In this document: one piece after another, positions 1 through 9,242 of the stretch
How positions within the stretch are numbered: the stretch's first letter is position 1
Layout: every line of letters starts with the position of its first letter
NCBI RefSeq assembly: GCF_000018685.1
Contig: NC_010001.1
Span: forward strand, 2,466,258 to 2,530,257
Direction: 5' to 3'
Origin: Lachnoclostridium phytofermentans ISDg
GTDB lineage: Bacteria > Bacillota > Clostridia > Lachnospirales > Lachnospiraceae
DNA: 64,000 nt
Program-made: the position numbers and the translations under genes
Notes under the pieces: model-generated
The model's database searches: none
Seen by the model: only the letters and a program-made list of their open reading frames with translations
What the model was told of the DNA's origin: nothing

Positions 1-989
1 TGAATGAAAATCTTGTTGAGGTTGAAAATCTGAAACAATATTTCTATGCCGGAGGGATTGGAAAGAAAGCGAAATATGTGAAAGCCGTGGATGATGTTAG
101 TTTTTATATCAGAAAGGGAGAAACCTTAGGACTAGTTGGTGAATCTGGTTGTGGGAAAACGACCACAGGACGAAGTCTTTTACGGTTATACGAACCAACT
201 GCCGGTCGTATTATCTATAATAATACGGTCATTTTCGATAAAGAGAAAAAGATAGCACTCGATATGATGCCATACCGAAAGAAAATGCAAGTTGTTTTTC
301 AAGATCCATATGCAAGTCTTAATCCGAGAATGACGGTCGGAGAGATTATAGGAGAGCCAATTGGAATTCATCACTTAATTCAGAATAAGAAAGACCGTCA
401 AGATAGAATTATAGAATTGTTAAATTATGTTGGACTTAATACTGAGCATGCCAATCGTTATCCTCATGAGTTCTCGGGTGGGCAGCGTCAAAGGATTGGT
501 ATTGCAAGAGCTTTGGCAGTCAATCCGGAATTCATCGTCTGTGATGAACCGGTTTCTGCATTGGATGTTTCGATTCAAGCGCAGACTATTAATATGTTTG
601 AGGATTTGCAGAATAAATTAGATCTTACTTATCTATTTATTGCTCATGACTTAGCGGTTGTTAATCATATATCCAATCGGATTGGTGTTATGTATCTAGG
701 CAACTTAATTGAGCTGGGGGAGAGTAATGAAGTAATTAAACATAGTTTGCATCCTTATACTAAGAGCTTAATCTCAGCCATACCAATTGCAGATCCTATC
801 AAAGCGAAAGCAAGTCAACGAATCATCCTAAAGGGAGATGTTCCAAGTCCACTAAACCCACCATCTGGATGCCGTTTTTGTACCAGATGTCCCTATGCAA
901 CAGAAATCTGTACAGAGCAGAGACCGAAGATGGAGGAAGTAGAAAGTGAGCATTTTGTTGCATGTCACAATATTTCAGCATGTAATTAA
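1..989 (+). CDS. oppF: Oligopeptide/dipeptide ABC transporter ATP-binding protein (OppF/DppF type), 5' end outside window
   Basis: The ORF frame is open back to nt 3. Walker [13 protein letters not shown] signature [15 protein letters not shown], Walker [13 protein letters not shown], and the Cys-rich C-terminal Opp-type extension (CRFCTRCPY...CHNISAC). Confidence 0.85.
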   Translation, partial: NENLVEVENLKQYFYAGGIGKKAKYVKAVDDVSFYIRKGETLGLVGESGCGKTTTGRSLLRLYEPTAGRIIYNNTVIFDKEKKIALDMMPYRKKMQVVFQDPYASLNPRMTVGEIIGEPIGIHHLIQNKKDRQDRIIELLNYVGLNTEHANRYPHEFSGGQRQRIGIARALAVNPEFIVCDEPVSALDVSIQAQTINMFEDLQNKLDLTYLFIAHDLAVVNHISNRIGVMYLGNLIELGESNEVIKHSLHPYTKSLISAIPIADPIKAKASQRIILKGDVPSPLNPPSGCRFCTRCPYATEICTEQRPKMEEVESEHFVACHNISACN

Positions 990-1254
990 AGAAAGGAAAA
1001 TAGAAATCATTTCTACACGAAGATTAGTAATAAAAAAGTTTGAATACGAGGAATGCTCGTCAGAGAGAAGAGCTAACATAAAAATTCATCTCCAATCAAG
1101 AACAACGGATTAATAAGTGCGCGAAAGTCCATACGTTTCGATATCTTCGTCAAGTGTTTATTGATAAAAAGATGGGGGGTAATAAAAAAGGAATTCCAAA
1201 GCTAAATAATACAAAAGTTTAGAGATTCCAAGAGATTATAAAATATTAAGGAGG

Positions 1255-2913
1255 ATGTTTATGAAAAAAAGACTAATATTATCAATGTGTCTTGTAATCG
1301 CACTTACAGTATCAGCCTGTGGGTCAAAAGATGTCGGTAATAACAATGAGCAGACGAAAGCACCGGTAAAAACCGAAACGTCTGGAAAAGATTTAAAGGT
1401 TCAATTAGGACCAAACCCAGAAACCCTAGATCCAGCATTAAACAGTGCAGTTGATGGTGGAAATATGCTACTTCATGCTTTTGAATGTCTTCTTGTCGTA
1501 GATGAGGATGGAAAACTTGCGCCTGGTCAAGCAGAGGATTGGGATATATCAGAGGATGGTTTGACATGGACATTCCAGTTGAGAGATGGATTAAAATGGT
1601 CAAATGGGGAAGTACTTACTGCAAATGATTTTGTATACAGTTGGAAACGTGTATGTGATCCAGAAATTGCTGCACCATATGCAGAAACTGTACTAGGTAT
1701 GGTAAAAGGTTATGAGGAAGCTATCGGAGGCAATATTGATGCATTAGCAGTTTCAGCTCCAGATGATAAGACATTTGTTGTAGAATTAAATAGTAATTGC
1801 TCCTTCTTTGGCAGTCTCGCAGCATTTGCAACTTTGAGTCCTGTAAATGAAGCAACTGTTACTGCAAATAAAGATGCTTGGGCAGTAAATGCTAGCACCT
1901 ATATATCCAATGGACCATTTTATATGAAGGAATGGGTTCCAGGTTCCCATATAATATTTGCAAAAAATCCAAATTTCTGGAATGCGAGTGCAGTTAAGCT
2001 TGATACCTTAACATTCCTTCTAATGGAGGACTCCAATGCTTCTTACAATGCTTATAATACGGGAGAAGCGTTATTTATTAAGGATGTTCCAACCGAAGAA
2101 ATACCAAGTTTAGGAGGAAATCAAGAATTTCATGTAGAACCAATTATCGGAACCTACTATCTCTCCTTAAACAATAATTTGAATGCATTCAAAGATGCAA
2201 AAGTCCGTAAAGCATTAAGTCTCGCAATTGACCGTAACTATGTAGCAAATACTTTGATGCAGGGTACTTATACTGCAGCATCGAACTTTATGGGTCCTGG
2301 CTGGAGCGATACAGATGGTTCTTCCTTTATTACAAATGCTAATGGCGGGGCACCTTACATTGATACGGCAAACGTTGATGCAAATTTAGTTGAAGCTAAG
2401 AAATTATTAGAAGATGCAGGATATAAAGATGGAATTGGATTCCCAGTTATCACTTATTCAACGAATGATTCTGGTTACCATAAAGTAGTAGCAGAATATT
2501 TACAACAGGCATGGGCAGAACTTGGTATCACTCTGGAAGTAAACATTATGGAATGGGCAAGCTTCACCCCAGCAAGGCGCGCCGGTGAGTATGATGTTGC
2601 ACGTAATGGCTGGGTTGGAGATTATAGTGATCCATCCAATATGCTTGATCTATTATATTCCAGCAACGGAAATAACGATGGTAAGTTCAATAATGCAGAG
2701 TATGATGCTGCTATGAATATCTCAAGAACTACATTGGACTTAACAGAGCGTTCTCAGGCATTGCATAAAGCAGAGGACATCCTGATGTCAGAAGCAGCTT
2801 GTATTCCACTTGCATATTACAATGACTTTTGGCTACAAAGCAGTAAAATTACTGGGTCTTGGCATTCACCTTATGGATATTGGTTCTTTATGTATGCAGA
2901 TGTAACAGAATAG
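1255..2913 (+). CDS. oppA: Peptide ABC transporter substrate-binding lipoprotein (family 5 SBP, OppA-like)
   Basis: Signal peptide plus lipobox (LTVSAC). 552 aa with SBP_bac_5-like motifs. Strong RBS aaggagg 6 nt upstream. Confidence 0.8.
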   Translation: MFMKKRLILSMCLVIALTVSACGSKDVGNNNEQTKAPVKTETSGKDLKVQLGPNPETLDPALNSAVDGGNMLLHAFECLLVVDEDGKLAPGQAEDWDISEDGLTWTFQLRDGLKWSNGEVLTANDFVYSWKRVCDPEIAAPYAETVLGMVKGYEEAIGGNIDALAVSAPDDKTFVVELNSNCSFFGSLAAFATLSPVNEATVTANKDAWAVNASTYISNGPFYMKEWVPGSHIIFAKNPNFWNASAVKLDTLTFLLMEDSNASYNAYNTGEALFIKDVPTEEIPSLGGNQEFHVEPIIGTYYLSLNNNLNAFKDAKVRKALSLAIDRNYVANTLMQGTYTAASNFMGPGWSDTDGSSFITNANGGAPYIDTANVDANLVEAKKLLEDAGYKDGIGFPVITYSTNDSGYHKVVAEYLQQAWAELGITLEVNIMEWASFTPARRAGEYDVARNGWVGDYSDPSNMLDLLYSSNGNNDGKFNNAEYDAAMNISRTTLDLTERSQALHKAEDILMSEAACIPLAYYNDFWLQSSKITGSWHSPYGYWFFMYADVTE

Positions 2914-2935
2914 AATCTTTGATTTATATACAAAA

Positions 2936-3049
2936 AATAGGGACTGACACAAAATGAGGTTAGACTACGTTATATTATAGTTATATTATGATATAAAAAA
3001 TATGACAATATAACGTAGTAGTTACCCTCATTTTGAATCAGTCCCTATT
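2936..3049. repeat. Long imperfect palindrome (~40-bp arms around an AT-rich centre); possible bidirectional terminator or MITE-like element
   Basis: Left arm aatagggactga cacaaaatgagg ttagactacgttatat. Right arm atataacgtagtag ttaccctcattttga atcagtccctatt is its near reverse complement. Confidence 0.5.
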
Positions 3050-3404
3050 ATTTATGTGTTTAGATAGAATAGACAATGCTAAAAAGAATATGGATTAGAT
3101 ATGGTTGTAGTATTTTTAAAATAATCACTAGGTACTGATTGATTGTGAGATACGAGATATTGACTTTGGTGGGAGTATGTCTATTGGGGACAGATAGTAT
3201 CAAAATATAATAGAAACCATGTAATGCTAAGGGAAAAATGAAAATAAAAACTTTTCATTAATTAGTTGTTATTACTATTTAAAATAAATTAGTAAATCAT
3301 AGAACTATGTGTTATACTAGATGCTGACTAAAAAAAGAAAATATAATAAAAATAAATCTGCCTGCAGATGAAAAAATAATGTTATATTTAGAAGTGGAAG
3401 TAGA

Positions 3405-4949
3405 ATGAATTTTAATGAAATGAATTTAATAAAACCGTTGTTGCAAGCCATCAAGGAAGAAGGATTTATAGAGCCATCACCGATTCAAAAAAAGACGATT
3501 CCCCTAGTACTTGAAGGTAGAGATATCCTAGGATGTGCCCAGACGGGAACTGGTAAGACAGCAGCATTTGCATTACCTATTTTACAGAGTTTATCGAAAG
3601 GTGAGGGCAGTGGAGTCCGTGCCCTTATTATTACACCAACGAGGGAATTGGCGATTCAGATATATGAAAGTTTTGAGTGTTTTGGTAAGTATACGTCGCT
3701 TAAGCAAAGTGTTATTTACGGTGGAGTAGGACAAAGTTTACAAGTTAATTCTTTAAAAGCGGGAATAGATATTCTAATAGCAACGCCTGGTCGACTTAAT
3801 GATTTGATTGGACAAGGTTATATTACGTTAGATGCAATCGAGATGTTTGTACTAGATGAAGCAGATCAAATGCTTGATATGGGTTTTTTAAATGATATAA
3901 AAAAGGTGATAAAATTATTACCGAAGACACGACAGACATTACTGTTTAGTGCGACGATGCCAAAGGAAATTGAATCACTAGCAACTAATTTACTAAACAA
4001 TCCTGAAATAATTAAAATTAGTCCGGTAACAAGTACGGTCGATTCCATCGAACAAAGTGTTTATTTTGTTGATCGTTTAAATAAAATCTCATTATTAACA
4101 TCATTGATCAAAGAGCATAAGATGTCAAGGGTTCTTGTATTTACTAAAACAAAACATGGTGCTGATCGTGTGGCAGATAAGTTAAACAAGGCAAAAGTTA
4201 AGACACAAGCAATTCATGGTGGTAAAGGTCAGAATGCAAGGCAGACTGCACTTAGTGATTTTAAAGAGGGAAAAATCAAAGTATTGGTTGCAACTGACAT
4301 CGCTGCAAGAGGTATTGATATTTCAGAGTTATCCTATGTGGTAAATTACGATATCCCAAATCAAGCAGAAATTTACATTCATCGTATCGGAAGAACAGGA
4401 CGCGCCGGATTAGGTGGAAATGCAATCAATTTATGTAATATTGACGATATGGATTATTTAAGAGAAATTGAAAAACATATTGGTATGGTTATTCCAGAGG
4501 TTCCCTCCAAGTGGCCGATGTTAATACTTGAGAAGACGGAAAAGCCAGTCAGAGGTCAAAGGCCAGAAAATACTACAAAGAATGTAGGCAAGGAATCTGT
4601 TAAGACGGAAGAAAAGATTTTGCTAAACGAAGGAGCAAAGAAAACGAAAGCTCACAAGAAGCCTGTATATAAAACGGGAGAGGAAAGTAAAAAAATGTCC
4701 TCTACTAAGAAGAAAGGGTCTGCAATAGGTAATAAGAATACAGTTGCAGGTAAGAAGCAGCAATTACAAGAAAAGAATAGCACTGTAATAGAAAAGAAAA
4801 AAACTGTTATCGATAAAAAGAAAACTGTTATTGATAAAAAGAAAACTGTCATTGATAAAAGGAAAACTGTTATTGATAAGAAGAACGCTGTTATTGACAA
4901 TAAGAAATCTGTTATTGGAAAGAAAAAACACAAGTCTATCTCAATGTAA
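3405..4949 (+). CDS. DEAD-box ATP-dependent RNA helicase (CshA-like) with repeat-encoded Lys-rich C-terminal tail
   Basis: Q motif, AQTGTGKT, PTRELA, DEAD, SAT and HRIGRTGRAG motifs. The tail (KKKTVIDKK)x5 is encoded by 27-nt tandem repeats. Confidence 0.9.
   Translation: MNFNEMNLIKPLLQAIKEEGFIEPSPIQKKTIPLVLEGRDILGCAQTGTGKTAAFALPILQSLSKGEGSGVRALIITPTRELAIQIYESFECFGKYTSLKQSVIYGGVGQSLQVNSLKAGIDILIATPGRLNDLIGQGYITLDAIEMFVLDEADQMLDMGFLNDIKKVIKLLPKTRQTLLFSATMPKEIESLATNLLNNPEIIKISPVTSTVDSIEQSVYFVDRLNKISLLTSLIKEHKMSRVLVFTKTKHGADRVADKLNKAKVKTQAIHGGKGQNARQTALSDFKEGKIKVLVATDIAARGIDISELSYVVNYDIPNQAEIYIHRIGRTGRAGLGGNAINLCNIDDMDYLREIEKHIGMVIPEVPSKWPMLILEKTEKPVRGQRPENTTKNVGKESVKTEEKILLNEGAKKTKAHKKPVYKTGEESKKMSSTKKKGSAIGNKNTVAGKKQQLQEKNSTVIEKKKTVIDKKKTVIDKKKTVIDKRKTVIDKKNAVIDNKKSVIGKKKHKSISM
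4783..4920 (+). repeat. In-frame 27-bp tandem repeat (about 5 copies) inside the helicase 3' end
   Basis: Repeated gaaaagaaaaaaactgttatcgataaa-type units encoding KKKTVIDKK. Confidence 0.8.
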
Positions 4950-5094
4950 TTTAATCTAGCTTTCTATCTTTCATCCTATGATTTTTATTTGTTTTAACAT
5001 TTTCATATGATATAATAATAAAGAGAATACTAAAAATAAGATTTAATCTATGATAAATGAAACAATAGATTTACTCGTAGTGAAAGGAGAAAAA

Positions 5095-5391
5095 ATGAAA
5101 TATTTTATAATTGAAGGAAATATAACAAATCCAGAATTAATGAATGATGATATTATGAAAGAACATATGGCTTATACACAAAAAGCTATGGATAAAGGCT
5201 TAGTATTAATGTCTGGTCTTAAAGAAGATATGAGTGGTGGATTAACTATAATGAAAAGTGAATCTTTGAATGAAGTAGAGGAATATTTATCGAATGAACC
5301 TCTAAAAATGAATGGGATACAAGATTATAAAGTGCTTGAATTTTCTGCTCATTACTTTAATCCTTCAGCTAGTGAATGGTTTCAATCATAG
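5095..5391 (+). CDS. YciI-like (Dabb-fold) small protein
   Basis: About 98 aa. The GG...I......E...DP...G...W pattern is typical of the YciI family. RBS aaaggagaaaaa precedes the ATG at 5095; the tool start at 5050 lacks an RBS. Confidence 0.55.
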   Translation: MKYFIIEGNITNPELMNDDIMKEHMAYTQKAMDKGLVLMSGLKEDMSGGLTIMKSESLNEVEEYLSNEPLKMNGIQDYKVLEFSAHYFNPSASEWFQS

Positions 5392-5410
5392 TTTCATTAA
5401 AAAATAGTGC

Positions 5411-5460
5411 AAAAACTGCGTCATGTATTGACTTTAAAAGCCATTACAAGACGCAGTTTT
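5411..5460. terminator. Bidirectional intrinsic terminator between convergent genes
   Basis: aaaactgcgtc ... gacgcagtttt inverted repeat with flanking A/T runs. Confidence 0.7.
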
Positions 5461-5474
5461 CTTTATTTCCATTA

Positions 5475-6449
5475 TTATAGTCCTGGAATACGACCGTATA
5501 TTTTTTCTCTTGAATCATAATCAACGGATTGAATCTTTACCATTGCATTCTTTTTCTTTGCGGTTTCTATTGAATTTACGCTAGAATCTCCACCATTAGC
5601 ACCTATGATTTGTCCATCTCCAATATAGATTGCAACATGTACTACATTACCACTGGATTTGGATTTAAAAAATACTAAATCTCCTGGTTTTAATTCACTT
5701 CGTGTAATTTTCTTTACATAATTAGCTTGGTCAGCAGAAACCATATAGGAATTCATTAAACCAAACTTCTTAAATACTTGATAAGTATAATGAGAACAGT
5801 CTAAACCGTAACTACTTCCTTGCGGATAATTTCCTCCCCATTGATAGTATATACCTAGAAATGTTTTTGCATATTCTACAATCTCATTTCTGGTAGGGGA
5901 TGTTGAAGAAGAGTTACTTGTTTCTGAATTTTCTGAAGAAGTACCAGATTTAAAATAGGTGCTACTTACATATCCAACCGATTTACCCCATACAACCTTG
6001 TACCATCCATCCTCTGCACTGATAATTGGTAAAACAGTTTGGCTTGGGATATTACCGAGTATCTGAGAAGAAGTGGAAGCGGATGAACGTAAGTTTAAGG
6101 TTCCTCCATTGGTAACAACAGTTCCATATTTGGTGGATGATATGTTGATATATGATTTGTGTGCATAGCCAACATTTCCACTGGTACTATAGATTACTTT
6201 ATAGAAGTCACCAGAACTTCCGATTACTTGAATTGGAGTATTGGGATTTAAGGAAGAAACATTTGCAGAGGAAGTACTGGCAGATGCACGGATATTCAGT
6301 GGTGTCTCTTTTGTGGTACTTACTCCAACGTTTGGTTCTGAATTACTTGCTGCCCAAGTTACTATTTTAGGACTAAGACAAACAAGTGAAAATATAAGAC
6401 CAAACATTACGATCAAACGTTTTAACAGTAGTTGCTTTGTTTTTAACAT
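5475..6449 (-). CDS. Secreted NlpC/P60 cell-wall peptidase with two SH3b domains
   Basis: Signal peptide and two SH3_3-like repeats (GTLNLRSSASTSS...GWYKV). C-terminal NlpC/P60 region (DCSHYTYQVF...HVAIYIG) carrying the Cys-His catalytic residues. Confidence 0.85.
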   Translation of the reverse strand: MLKTKQLLLKRLIVMFGLIFSLVCLSPKIVTWAASNSEPNVGVSTTKETPLNIRASASTSSANVSSLNPNTPIQVIGSSGDFYKVIYSTSGNVGYAHKSYINISSTKYGTVVTNGGTLNLRSSASTSSQILGNIPSQTVLPIISAEDGWYKVVWGKSVGYVSSTYFKSGTSSENSETSNSSSTSPTRNEIVEYAKTFLGIYYQWGGNYPQGSSYGLDCSHYTYQVFKKFGLMNSYMVSADQANYVKKITRSELKPGDLVFFKSKSSGNVVHVAIYIGDGQIIGANGGDSSVNSIETAKKKNAMVKIQSVDYDSREKIYGRIPGL

Positions 6450-6849
6450 AAATACCTCTTTTCATTATAGCTGTCTTGGTGTTACAAAACAGGATATAGT
6501 TACTCCTGTAGGTATAGAAGGAAGGCTAGCAGGGGGACCTACTAATCATCTCGTAACAATATTGTAATAAATAGTTAACATAATAGCAACAGTAAATATA
6601 TGGTGGAGATTATTGTTTAATAAACTTAATTGTGAGATACTATACTTTATAGTAATCAATTTTTATAGTGAATCAAAAATATATTATAGCGATGTGTGTA
6701 TAACTAAGTGACGTAACATATTAAAATTGACCAACCATAACTAATCAGGGAGTTTCCTTTATGTAAAGTGATATAATTACGATTTTACCAATATGGTAGG
6801 AATTTAGAGCTTATTAATTATAGATAAATAAATATTAGTGGAGGAGAAA

Positions 6850-8187
6850 ATGAAAAATTATAAGAAATACATATATTTGCCTATCATAGTTACTATCATG
6901 CTACTTAATGGTTGTCATAAAAACAATAGTGAATCAGTACAAAACTTAAATGAGGATAAGTCACAAATAACAATAACGCAAGGAGTACTAGATAGTAGTG
7001 AAACTCCATTAATAGAAGAAAATGTGGATTGGTCGATAATACAGAAGGAGAAAATATTAGAAGAAAATCCGAAATATAAAGCCTATACTGATTATTCATT
7101 TTCTCTTCACGATGCATACATAACACTTTTTATAACTCCTGACTCTAAGAATGAATTTTTAAATTTTCATGGAGATATTTGGGCATATGGTAAAGACTGG
7201 ATTACTCAAGTGGAAGAAGACACCTACATTTCACTGAATACATATGGGATTAATACATTGAGTGATATAGAATACTTTCGATATGATAGAAGCTATCCAA
7301 CAGATAGTTTTACGGTTCTTTTTATGCTTGATGAGAAAAAACAACTGCGTCAGATTTCCTTGTCAGGCGCGCTTAATGAGGTTAAAGGAAATGAGTTAAC
7401 AGTTTTTGAGTCTTCCTATGATTTGGTATATTTAAAGTCAGAAAATTATAGCTGCGGCCATACATGGAAACCTTATTTCTATTATTTAGATGATTATGAT
7501 ATCAAAGAGTATGAAGCTCATAAAATTGAAAAAGAAGATTTTCTAAAATATGATGGGTCTCAGGAAATTGTAGATCAAATTACTTCAAAATATGAGAATG
7601 CAGATAAGCAGATAACATTGAAATTTTTAGAAAGAGATAACGGTTTGATTCATATCAACATTATGTTTGAGTCGTCGCAAGATATTTCTTATTATTATGA
7701 AACATATCAAATAGTGAAGCAGAAGCTTATAAGAGTTAATAATGGAGAGGGTAATTATCGTGGATCCTCATTAACAATAAGTGAGATAGAAGAAGCATTA
7801 CATACTACGCACGGCGAAATGGATGAAGTGAAATTGGTTTATCTCTTAGATTATTCAGAAGAAGATAATACGATTACGATACAGAACATTGAGTGGCTTA
7901 CACCATGGGCAGAAGAAGATAAAGCTAGGATTAGAGAGCTTATAGATGCGGATAAAATTCCATATGGAGAAGATGTCTGGGGATGTGAATATTATATTTA
8001 TACGACTCCAGATGATATAGAGACTTATAAGCTATCAAATGATGTAAAAATCATTCTCAGAACTATGAGACAGAATTGGGATGAATTTGACATTACAAAA
8101 TTAAAGGAAGTAGAGGATAGATTTATATTAAGCATTTCTATTAAGGATAATTTGGTATACTTAGTCTATGAAATTTATGTTCCGTAA
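6850..8187 (+). CDS. Hypothetical lipoprotein
   Basis: Lipobox LLNGC after an N-terminal hydrophobic segment. RBS ggagga precedes the ATG at 6850. No recognisable family. Confidence 0.6.
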   Translation: MKNYKKYIYLPIIVTIMLLNGCHKNNSESVQNLNEDKSQITITQGVLDSSETPLIEENVDWSIIQKEKILEENPKYKAYTDYSFSLHDAYITLFITPDSKNEFLNFHGDIWAYGKDWITQVEEDTYISLNTYGINTLSDIEYFRYDRSYPTDSFTVLFMLDEKKQLRQISLSGALNEVKGNELTVFESSYDLVYLKSENYSCGHTWKPYFYYLDDYDIKEYEAHKIEKEDFLKYDGSQEIVDQITSKYENADKQITLKFLERDNGLIHINIMFESSQDISYYYETYQIVKQKLIRVNNGEGNYRGSSLTISEIEEALHTTHGEMDEVKLVYLLDYSEEDNTITIQNIEWLTPWAEEDKARIRELIDADKIPYGEDVWGCEYYIYTTPDDIETYKLSNDVKIILRTMRQNWDEFDITKLKEVEDRFILSISIKDNLVYLVYEIYVP

Positions 8188-8477
8188 ATATAAATTCATA
8201 AATTAATTTTCCTTTAATTAATATTGCTTAGATTAAAATTGCTTAAAATGATATCCCCTAAATTAATATTGCATAATATGAAATTCCTTATGGTAGCATT
8301 CCTTATAGTAGCATTCCTCATAATAGCGTGCTTTACGGAATGAGTCTAACAAAATTAATTATTCAGTTTTAACATAGAGCAAGAAAAGGCCTGCCGTAGA
8401 GTAACCCACTAAAAATAGTTATAAAAAGGTACCTCGATTTGGTTTGTAAAAAAAGCCATTTCAAGGTACCATTATAA

Positions 8478-8572
8478 TTCAGAAGTACTATTTTAATTCA
8501 GAAGTACTATTTTATTTCGTAATTACTATTTTATTTCGTAAGTACTATTTTATTTCACTAATACTATTCTAA
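8478..8572. repeat. Tandem 19-bp direct repeats (about 5 copies) in a convergent intergenic region
   Basis: ttcagaagtactattttaa / ttcagaagtactattttat / ttcgtaattactattttat / ttcgtaagtactattttat / ttcactaatactattctaa. The copies are contiguous with no spacers. Confidence 0.7.
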
Positions 8573-8588
8573 AACTACTTATGATAAA

Positions 8589-9032
8589 TTATCTTGCAAT
8601 ATCCTCTTCATTTATAGCAATTGTTTCAAGCTGTGATGTACAGTGAGGGCAGCGAGAAGCATTAATATTTATCTTTGTCATGCAATATGGGCAATCCTTC
8701 TCTGTAGGTTTTACTTCAACCTTTTTTCTCTTATCATCAAAGGATAGTATTCTGTTCATCCCTTTTACTAAAAGGAAGACTACAAAAGCCATGATGACAA
8801 AGTTAATTAATGCAGTTATAAAGGCACCGTATCTTAGTGTTATCCCAAAGATATTAAGCTGTAATGAGTCGAAGTTTTGGCGAGTAAATAAACCAATGAT
8901 TGGTGAAAGTATGTTATCAGTTAAAGACGTTACGATTCCTTGAAACGCACTACCGATAATAACACCGACTGCTAGGTTCATAACATTACCTTTTAAAGCG
9001 AATTCTCTGAACTCTTTTAAAAATTTTTTCAT
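8589..9032 (-). CDS. mscL: Large-conductance mechanosensitive channel MscL with a C-terminal zinc-ribbon extension
   Basis: N-terminus MKKFLKEFREFALKGNVMNLAVGVIIGSAF matches the MscL TM1 consensus. The C-terminus carries CPYC...CPHC. Confidence 0.85.
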   Translation of the reverse strand: MKKFLKEFREFALKGNVMNLAVGVIIGSAFQGIVTSLTDNILSPIIGLFTRQNFDSLQLNIFGITLRYGAFITALINFVIMAFVVFLLVKGMNRILSFDDKRKKVEVKPTEKDCPYCMTKININASRCPHCTSQLETIAINEEDIAR

Positions 9033-9242
9033 TCTTTTCTCCTTTTGTTTTTAAATCATATTATTATTTTAGTACGATTGGACAAGAAAGTAAATAATAA
9101 GACAAAAGATATTATTTACAGAATAAATGCTTTTTTGATTTAAAAATCTAAAATAATATATAGTTATAGCAAATATTTCATTGCATTCATTGTATGTATG
9201 GGTATAATAGAAACAGATCATACGTAGGAAAGGAACTACTAC

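Noticed and set aside
186-374. Antisense ORFs nested inside confirmed genes. Examples: 186-374, 1304-1603, 1710-1898, 3866-4048, 4652-4933, 8680-8943, 14884-15132, 15982-16272, 17454-18086, 30218-30550, 48954-49328 and 53085-53408.
   Set aside because: All lie wholly within strongly supported CDSs on the opposite strand or in an alternate frame. They lack RBSs and show low-complexity composition typical of AT-rich antisense frames.
5050-5094. Tool start at 5050 for the YciI-like gene.
   Set aside because: No RBS upstream of 5050. A strong aaaggagaaaaa RBS precedes the ATG at 5095, and that start gives the expected ~98-aa family length.
8478-8572. Possible CRISPR array.
   Set aside because: Repeat units are contiguous with no intervening spacers, and 19 bp is shorter than CRISPR repeats. 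No cas genes are in the window.
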